Positions 55,634 to 64,000 of a stretch of DNA of 64,000 nt are shown one piece after another. Below the pieces are notes generated by a model. It did not search any database, had not been told where the DNA came from, and worked only from the letters and a program-made list of their open reading frames with translations. The DNA is from the human T2T-CHM13v2.0 reference genome, Homo sapiens. The DNA lies in the NCBI RefSeq assembly GCF_009914755.1, contig NC_060934.1. One strand, written 5' to 3'. The translations under genes were made by a program, and so were the position numbers. The first letter of the stretch is position 1. Each line of letters opens with the position of its first letter.

Positions 55634-56650
55634 GTTGATAGCAGTAGTAGTTATATACACCTGAGTCTAAGGATGGGATTCTGGAGTTTGCTCACTCACC
55701 AGTGGTCCCATCAGAATCTCTTCCCTGAAGATAGTCTCAGATGTGCTCCTGCAGTGAAATTGCTAACACTTTTACTTGTAGTGAACCAGGACAGCATATA
55801 AGTAGAAGCGAATGCATTAACTTCTGTGATGTATCTAGTATTTGAGAGTACAGGTGGAAAAGTAACTTGAAAGATTGTTGAATTGGGAGGGTATTGCTAA
55901 GCACCATTGATGCACTAAGTATAGATGCCAGGATCAAATCTATTAACCACCAATTTAAACCCAAGTGTGAGAGTCAAAGGGCCTCCATGGAAGCCTTTAA
56001 AAAGTCCCTCATCACTGGCAGCCAGAAGGCCAACTGAACTGAAGCCCAGGTGCAGCCTGTACTTATGAGTGGCAGAACGCCAGAGAAGGTTAATTCTCAG
56101 CCTGTGTAAGTCTCCCTCAAGAGAATCAGGGTCCTGATTGGAAAAAAGTGGGAACATGAGAATTGGAATGGGGAAACTTATTAGACACACTTAAGGACCT
56201 TGGCCTCCCAGCTTCTCCGGAATATCTGGGCCTACAGAGGTGGCCCACTCCCTTGCTGGAAGATGGAAGACCTTCTCCTTGCTTGAAAACTATAAGCTTC
56301 GAGTAAGTCAAGTGTCTTACAAAACAATGTTGGTCCTGCTCAGAATCTACCCCCACTTCTCTCCCCGATACCAGACAGTATGAGGACTAAGTTTCAGTAT
56401 AATCCAACTGGGTAAGTACAGTGTCTGTTAAGGGAGGGGAGGATCATATGGCAAAGGCACTGCAGGATCTGGCTGACTTAAGCCAGCAGGACCCCAGAGA
56501 AAATGCCTGGAAGTGGATCCCAAAGATGCTGGATCAAGAATGGGGAATAGGAAGTCAGGAAAGGGACACTTTGTTGTTATAGTAATACTGTGCAGTGACA
56601 TAGGATTTGACACCCTGGCAGTGACCCTGGAATGACTGTTAGAAGCTTGG
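55634..56650 (+). mobile_element. ERVL internal (HERV16-like) leader/gag remnant
   Basis: directly follows the LTR; ~56122-56172 translates RIRVLIGKKWEHENWNG, matching the recalled ERVL/MaLR gag motif VRALIGKEWDP.W.G. Confidence 0.75.
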
Positions 56651-57188
56651 CTTTCCTAGTATTTCTGTGACATTAATCACATTTTAATCACAACTTCCAT
56701 ATCTGTAAAATGGAGGACTGGGACAATATTGATTATTTTTAAAAAACTGTTATTTTAGGTTTGGGGGTACATGTGAAGGTTTGTTACATAGGTAAACTCA
56801 TGTCATGGGGGTTTGTTGTACAGATTACTTCATCACCCAGGTATTAAGCCCAGTACCCAATAGCTATCTTTTCTTCTCCTTTCCCTCCTCCCACCCTCCA
56901 CCCTCAAGTAGACCCCAGTGTCTGTTGTCTCCTTCTTCACATTTGTAAGTTCTCATCATTTAGCTTCCACTTATAAGTGAGAACATGTGGTATTTGGTTT
57001 TCTGTTTCTGTGTTAGTTTGCTAACGATAATAGCCTCCAGCACCATCCGTGTTCCCACGAAATACATGAACTCATTCTTTTTTGTGGCTGCACGGTATTC
57101 CATGGTATAAATGTACCCAATTTTCTTTATCCAATTTGTTGTTGATGGGCATTTAGGTTGATTCTATGTCTTTGCTACTGTGAATAGT

Positions 57189-57330
57189 GCTGTTGAATAT
57201 CAAGCAGCTATGGAATGCCTCCAGAAAGCACATAGGAGTTTGTTATCTGAAATTCAGACACTGCATGCACAAATGAATGGTAGGAAAATGACTCCGAAAA
57301 GTGAACAAAAGAATGAGAAACCAAGCCAAG
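57189..57330 (+). pseudogene. AKAP9: captured fragment of AKAP9 coding sequence (about one exon) inside L1
   Basis: translates VEYQAAMECLQKAHRSLLSEIQTLHAQMNGRKMTPKSEQKNEKPSQ versus recalled AKAP9 GVEYQAAMECLQKADRRSLLSEIQALHAQMNGRKITLKREQESEKPSQELL; interrupts the L1 motif gtgaatagtgctg|(ca)atgaacat. Confidence 0.85.
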
Positions 57331-58833
57331 ATGAACATTTGCATGCACGTGTCTTTATGGTAGAATGATTTATATTCTTCAGGGTATATACCCAGTAATG
57401 GGATTGCTGGGTCAAATGGTAGTTCTGCTTTTAGCTCTTTGAGGAATCACCACACTGCTTTCCACAATGGTTGAACTAATTTGCACTCCTACCAACAGCA
57501 TATAAATGTTCTCATTTCTCTGTAACCTCACCACCAGCATCTGGTTTTCTTTTTTTTTTTTTTTTTTTTGACTGTTTAGTAATAGCCATTCTGACTGGTG
57601 TGAGACGGTATCTTCATAGTGGTTTTGGTTTGCATTTCTCTAATGATCAGTAATATTGAGCTTTTGTTCATGTGCTTCTTGGCCACATGTATGCCTTCTT
57701 TTGAAAAGTGTCTGTTTATGTTCTTTGCCCACTTTCTAAGGGGTCCTTTGCCCACTTTCTATGGGGTTGTTTTTCTCTTGTAATATTGTTTAAGTTTCTT
57801 ATAGATGCTGGATATTAGACCTTTGTCAGATGCACAGTTTGAAAATTGTCTCCCATTCTGTAGGTTGTCTCTTTACTCTGTTGATAATTTCTTTTGCTAT
57901 GCAGAAGCTCTTAAGAGTAATTAGATCCCTCTTGTCAATTTTTGCTTTTCTTGCAATTGCTTTTGGTGTCTTTGTCATGAAATCTTTGTCTGTTTCTGTG
58001 TCCAAGATGGTATTGCCTAGGTTGTCTTCCAGAGTTTTTATAGTTTTGGGTTTTACATTTAAGTCTTTAGTCCATCTTGAGTTTATTTTTGTAAATGGTA
58101 TAAAGAAGGGGTCCAGCTTCAATCTTTCGCATGTGGCTGCTTAGTCACCCCAGCACCATTTATTGAACAGGGAGTCTTTTCCCCATTGCTTGTTTTTGCC
58201 AGCTTTGTTGAAGATCAGATTATTGTAGGTGTGTGGCCTTATTTCTGGGCTCTCTATTCTGTTCTATTGGTCTATGTGCCTGGTTTTGTACCATTACCAT
58301 GCTGTTTTGGTTACTGTAGCCCTGTAGTATAGTTTGAAGTCAGGTAACATGATGCCTCCAGCTTTGTTATTTTTGCTTAGGATTGCCTTGACTATTTGAG
58401 CTCTTTTTGGTTCTATATAAATTTTAAAATAGATTTTTCTAGTTCCATGAAAAAGGTTGTTGGCACTTTAGTAGGAATAGCATTGAATCTGTAAGTTCTT
58501 TGGGCAGTATGGCAATTTTAATAATACTGATTTTTCCTATCCATGAGCATGGAATGTTTTTCCATTTGTTTGTGTCTTCTCTGATATTTTTGAGCAGTGC
58601 TTTGTAATTCTCATTGTAGAGGTCTTTCACCTCCCTAGTTAGCTATATTCCTAGATATTTGATTCTTTCTGTCAATGGGATTGCCTTTCTGATTTAACTC
58701 TTGTCTTGGCTGTTGTTGGTGTATAGGAATACTAGTGTTTTTTGTACGTTGATTTTGTATGTTGAAACTTTGCTGAAGTTGTTTATCAGCTGAAGGAAAT
58801 TTTGGGCCAAGACTATAAGGTTTTTTAGATATA

Positions 58834-59135
58834 GGCCAAGTGTTGTGGCTCATGCCTGTAATCCCAGCACTTTGGGAGGTTGAGGTGGGTGGATCACCTG
58901 AGGTCAGGAATTCAAGACTAGCCTGACCAACATGGAGAAACCCTGTCTCTATTGAAAAATGCAAAATTAGCCAGGTGTGGTGGTGTATATCACTAATCCC
59001 AGCTGCTCTGGGAGGCTGAGGCAGGAGAATCACTTGAACCCAGGAGGCGGAGGTTGTGGTGAGCCGAGATCATGCCACTGCACTCCAACATGGGCAACAA
59101 GAGTGAGACTCTGTCTCAAAAAAAAAAAAAAAAAA
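58834..59135 (+). mobile_element. AluSp inserted in L1 ORF2
   Basis: cctgaccaacatggagaaaccc, gggcaacaagagtgag; TSD aggttt(t/c)tagatata-like. Confidence 0.95.
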
Positions 59136-62100
59136 GAGGTTTTCTAGATATAGAATAATGTCATCTGCAAAGAGAGATAGTTTGACTTCCTTTCTTCCTA
59201 TTTGGATGCCCTTTATTTCTATTTCTTGCCTGACTGTTCTGTCTAGAACTTCCAATACTATGTTGAATAGGAGTGGTGAGAGAAGGCATCCTTGTCTTGT
59301 GCCAGTTTTCAAGGGGAATGCTTCCAGCTTTTCCCATTCAGTATGATGTTGACTGTGGGTTTGTCAAACATGGCTCTTATTATTTTGAGGTATGTTCCTT
59401 CAATACCTAGTTTATTGAGAGTTTTTAACATGAAGGGGTGTTGAATTTTATCTAAAGCGTTTTCGGCATCTATTGAGATAATTATGTGGTTTCTGTCTTT
59501 AGTTCTGTTTATGTGATGAATCACATTTATTGATTTGCGTATGTTGAACCAACCTTGCATCCCAGGAATGAAGTCTATTTGATCATGGTGGATTAGCTTT
59601 TTGATGTGCTGCTGGATTCAGTTTGAAATTATTTTGCTGAGGATTTTTGCATTGATGTTCATCAAGGATATTGGCCTGATGTTTTCTTTTTTGTTGTGTC
59701 TCTGCCAAGTTTTTGTATCAGAATGATGGTGGCTTCGTAGAATGAGCTGGGGAGGAGTCCTTCCTCCCCAGTTTTTTGGAATAGTTTTTATAGAAATGGT
59801 ACCAGCTCTTCTTTGTACATATAGTAAAATTCAGCTGTGAATCCATGAGGTCCTGAGCTTTATTTTGGTTGGTAGGCTATTTATTACTGACTTACTTTTG
59901 GAGATCATTATTGGTCTATTCAGGGGATCAGTTTCTTCCTGGTTCAGTCTTGGGAGGGTGTATGTGTCCAGGAATTTATCCATCTCTTCTAGGTTTTCTA
60001 GTTTGAGTGCATAGTGGTTTCTAGTGGTTATTTTTATTTCTGTGGGGTCAGTGGTAACATTCCCTTCGTCATTTCCAGTTGTGTTTATTTGGATCTTCTC
60101 TCTTTTCTTCTTTATTAGTCTAGCTAGTAGCCTATCTATCTTATTAATTTTTTAAAAGAACCAACTCCTGGATTTGTTGATCTTTTGAATGGTTTCTCGT
60201 GTCTCAGATTCCTTCATTTCAGCTCTGATTTTGGTTATTTCTTGTTTTCTGCTAGCTTTGTGGTTGATTTGTTCTTGCCTCTCTAATTCCTTCATCTGTT
60301 ACGTTAAGTTGTTAATTTGAGATCTTTCTAACTTTTTGATGTGGGCATTTCATGCGATGAATTTCCCTTTTAACACTGCCTTAGCTATGTCCTAGAGATT
60401 CTGGTATGTTATATTTTTGTTCTCATTAGATTCAAAGAACTTCTTGATTTCTGCCTTAACTTCATTATTTACCCAAAAGCCATTCTGGAGCATGTTTAGT
60501 TTTCATGTCATTGCCTGATTTTGAATGATTTTCTTGGTCTTTGACTTCTATTTTTATTGCGCTGCGGTCAGAGAGTGTGTTTCGTATTATTTCAGTTATT
60601 TTACATTTGCTGAGGATTGTTTTACGTCCAATTAAGTAGTTGCCTTTCGAGTAGATGCCATGTGGCGATGGGAAGAATGTATATTCTGCTGTTTTTGAGT
60701 AGAGAGCTCTGAAGAGGTCTATCAGATCCATTTGGTCCAATGTTGAGTTCAGGTCCTGAGTATCTTTGTTAATTTTCTGCCTCAATTATGTGTCTAATAT
60801 TGTCAGTGGAGTGTTGAAGTCTCCCACTATTAATGTGTGGGAGTCTATGCCTGTTTGTAGGTCTCTAAGAACTTGCTTCATGAATCTGGGTGCCCCTGTG
60901 TTCGGTGCATATACATTTAGGATAGTTGGATCTTGTTGTTGAATCGTACCCTTTACCATTATGTAATGCCCTTCTTTGTCTTTTTTGATCTTTGTTGTTT
61001 TGAAGTTTGTTTTGTCTGAAATTAAGATTGCAACCTCAGCTTTTTTCTGTTTTCCATTTGCTTGGTAGATTTTCCTCCATGCCTTTATTTTGAGCCTTTT
61101 GGTGTCATTATGTGTGAGATGGGTCTCTTAAAGACAGCATACCATTGGGACTTGCTTTTTTATCCATCTTGTCATTCTGTGCCTTTTAAGTTGAGCATTT
61201 AGCCCATTTACATTCAAAGTTACCATTGTTGGGTGTGGATTTGATCCTGTCATTGTGTTGTTAGCTGATTATTATGTTGGTTTGTTTGTGTGGTTGCTTT
61301 ACAGTGACACTATTCTGTGTGTTTAAGTGTGTTTTTGTATTAGCTCGTAGTGATCTTTTCTTTCTATATTTAGTGCTTCTTTTGAGATCTCTTGTAAGGC
61401 AGGTCTGGTAGTAAAGAATTCCTTCAACATTTGCTTATCTGAAAAGAATCTTATTTTTCCTTTGCTTGGGAAGCTTAGTTTGGCTGCATATAAAATTATT
61501 GGTTGAAGATTGTTTTCTGTAAGAATGTTGAATATAGGCCCCCAATCTCTTTTGGCTTATAGGGTTTCAGCTGAGAGGTCCACTGTTAGCCTGATGGGAT
61601 TTCCTTTGCAGGTAACCTGCCTTTTCTTTCTGGCTGCCTTTAACATTCTTTCTTTCATTTTTACCTTGGAAAATCTGACAATTATGTGTCTTGGGGATGA
61701 TCTTCCTGTGTAGAATCTTGCAGGAGTTGTCTGTATTTCCTGTATTTGACTGTTGTCCTCTCTAGCAAGGTTGTGGAAGTTTTCATGGACAATATATTGA
61801 AATATGTTTTCCAAACTGTTTGCTTTCTCCCCCTTCCTTTCAGGGATGCCAGTGATTTGTAGATTTGGCTTCTTTACATAATCCCCTACTTCTTGGAGGT
61901 TTTGTTCATTCCTTTTTATTCTTTTTTCTTTATTTTTGTCTGACTGTCTTATTTCAGAAAGCCAGTTTTCGAGTTCTGAGATTCTTTCCTCAGCTTGGTT
62001 TATTCTACTGTTAATACTTGTGATTGCATTGTGAAATTCTTGTACTGTGTTATTCAGCTATGTCGGACCCATTAGGTTCTTTATTATACTGGCTATTTTG

Positions 62101-63104
62101 TCTTTCAGCTCCTGTATCACTTTATTGTGATTTGTAGTTTCTTTGGATTGGGTTTTGCTGTCCTCCTGAATCTCAATGATCTTCATTCCTATACATATCC
62201 TAAATTCTGTTTCTGTCATTTCAGCCAGCTCAGCCTGGATAAGCACTCTTGTTAGAGAATTTGTATGGCCATTTGGAGCACATATGACACTCTGGCCATT
62301 TTAATTTTTGGAGTTCTTGCGTTAGTTCTTTCTCATCTCCATGTGTGGGTGTTCCTTTAACTGCCATATAGATTGAGTACAGTCAATAGACTTCTGGCTG
62401 TTTTCACTAGGCTGAGGCCTTGTGCAGGGTCTTTTTTTGAAGCTGACTTCTTGTCTCTAGTTTCAGAGGTGAGTATGTTAGTGAGGTATTCTTGGTGTTG
62501 AAGCTTTGGGGTGTGATCCAGTAGGTGGCACTTAGGCTTATTGGTCAACTGGTAGACTCTTGCTCAGTTGTGTGGCTCCTCTATGTTTTCTCATAGTTAC
62601 AGCTGTGTTCACTCTCGATGCTCTGAAAGTGTGGGTTCCTCTCCCCCTTGAGTGCCAGCTGTATGGCTGTAGATTGTGGTTTGACACTCCTGGCTGCCCA
62701 CTGCAGCTCTGGGGCAATGTCAGTGTTTACGTTCCTTCCTCAACTTGGCGGCAACAGAGGAAAGGACCTTAGTAGTGGTTGTGGTCAGGGGTCTTTTGCT
62801 TGTATCCTGGGAGCTCCACACCAGAGAGATGTAGGTCAGCAATTCCTCAGTGCAATCACCCCAGGATGAAGGGTCTGTGCTGTGGGCTCAAGCCAGGGGT
62901 TCTCTCTGGTGATGAGTGGGGGTTGGGGGTGTGGGAACCATGGGAGACGGACTGGCCTCCTCTTCTTGGGTTGATTGCAGCTTGTTGGAGGTATAAATAA
63001 GGTACTTAGGGTCTTCTCTTCTTCATTAGTCTGAGGGTAGCAAGGGCAGTTCTACTGCAGAGACAGTGGCAGAGAGGCTTTCAGGAACAGTATTTATTAA
63101 CCAA

Positions 63105-63540
63105 TTGTTTCAACAAATATTTACTGACAATTCAACATGTACCAGACACTGTGTTAGGCAAGGGGTCTTCAATGGGCCACAAGTAGATGTGGTCCTTGAC
63201 CATGTCATTGGAGCTTAATGGGAGAGACTGATAGTAAGCAAGTAAACAAGAACAAAAAAATAAGGTAATTCAGGTTGTGACAACCTCTCTGAAGGAAATA
63301 TATAGGATGCTATAATAGTGACTAGAGCAAGGAACGGCCTAATTGAGCTAAGATAATCAGGTAGGGTGTCTGTAAGGAGTTGACATTAAGCTAACAACTA
63401 AAGAATAAGAAGCCAGCCATGTAAATAGCTTGGATAAGAGCTTTCCAGGCTGAAGGGAATGGAAATACACAGGCCTAGAGGTAAGAAGGAGATGGGTGTC
63501 TTCCGGAAACTGATAAAAAGTCAGAGTGGCTCAGCTATGC
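63105..63540 (-). mobile_element. L2 3' fragment
   Basis: tcaacaaatatttactga...gtaccagacactgtgttaggc...gaagccagccatg. Confidence 0.75.
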
Positions 63541-63572
63541 TGATATGTCCCCTGGTATTTTTTAAGATTTTT

Positions 63573-63862
63573 GGCCGGGTACAGTGGCTCATGCCTGTAA
63601 TCCCAGCACTTTGGGAGGCCGAGGTGGGCAGATCACGAGGTCAGGAGTTCAAGACCAGCCTGACTAACATAATGAAACCCCATGTCTACTAAAAATACAA
63701 AAATTAGCTGGGTGTGGTGGCACGTGCCTGTAATCTCAGCTACTCAGAAGGCTGAGGCAGGAGAATCTCTTGAACTTGGGAGGCGGAGGTTACAGTGAGT
63801 TGCGATCGCACCACTGCACTCCAGCCTGGGTGACAGCAAGACTCCATCTCAAAAAAAAAAAA
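63573..63862 (+). mobile_element. Alu (AluSg-like)
   Basis: gatcacgaggtcaggagttcaagaccagcctg; A tail. Confidence 0.93.
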
Positions 63863-64000
63863 TTAATTTTTGAGGGTATATTATAGGTGTATATATTTAT
63901 GGGGTACATGTAATATGTTGATACAGGTATTCAATATGTAATAATCACATTACGGAGAATGGAGTATTCATCACCTCAAGCATTTATTCTTTGTGTCACA
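63863..64000 (-). mobile_element. L1MA (L1MA2/3-like) 3' end, continuing beyond the window
   Basis: gtgtatatatttatggggtacatg...aataatcacat...catcacctcaagcattta; reverse complement of the 28.6-28.75 kb element tail. Confidence 0.85.

Larger units (their letters stand above)
56736..63084 (-). mobile_element. near full-length decayed L1 (L1PA14/L1PREC2-like): part of 5'UTR, ORF1, ORF2, 3'UTR
   Basis: ORF1 remnants (61557..61814 PRHIIVRFSKVKMKERMLKAAR); ORF2 EN/RT remnants (60465..60785, 59309..59560, 59070..59312 GTRQGC.LSPLLFN...LFADD, 57826..58122); degenerate TSD ggacaatattgatt / gaacagtatttatt. Confidence 0.95.

Noticed and set aside
56736-63084. Active L1
   Set aside because: ORF1 and ORF2 are broken by many stops and frameshifts, an AluSp and the AKAP9 insert.

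Overview
Primate (most likely human or other catarrhine; AluY, AluS, AluJ and L1PA elements are present) non-coding genomic DNA. I recognise no intact protein-coding gene, tRNA/rRNA gene or CRISPR array. Nearly all listed ORFs are chance frames or decayed Alu/L1/LTR frames. The window is a patchwork of interspersed repeats: a ~6.3 kb L1PA-type element at 56.7-63.1 kb, several L1 3' ends, about 11 Alus or Alu monomers, MaLR/ERVL LTRs, MER DNA transposons, MIR and L2. The left ~25 kb looks more AT-rich by eye. The main non-routine signals are: (1) a ~142-nt piece of AKAP9 coding sequence, apparently about one exon, inserted without poly(A) or TSD inside L1 ORF2 and antisense to it; (2) a very recent 113-bp locally templated insertion with a fold-back junction inside an L2; (3) a 136-bp near-perfect palindrome next to a 28-bp perfect palindrome; (4) a CpG-rich, 3'UTR-like retrocopy of unidentified parent; (5) an older ungapped 168-bp local duplication; (6) candidate non-coding exons on both strands and a strong CTCF motif. 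Repeat subfamily names and the AKAP9 call come from recalled consensus/protein sequences, not from a search. Counts are by hand. I found no convincing evidence of a new multi-gene system; the most interesting theme is TSD-less templated DNA capture.
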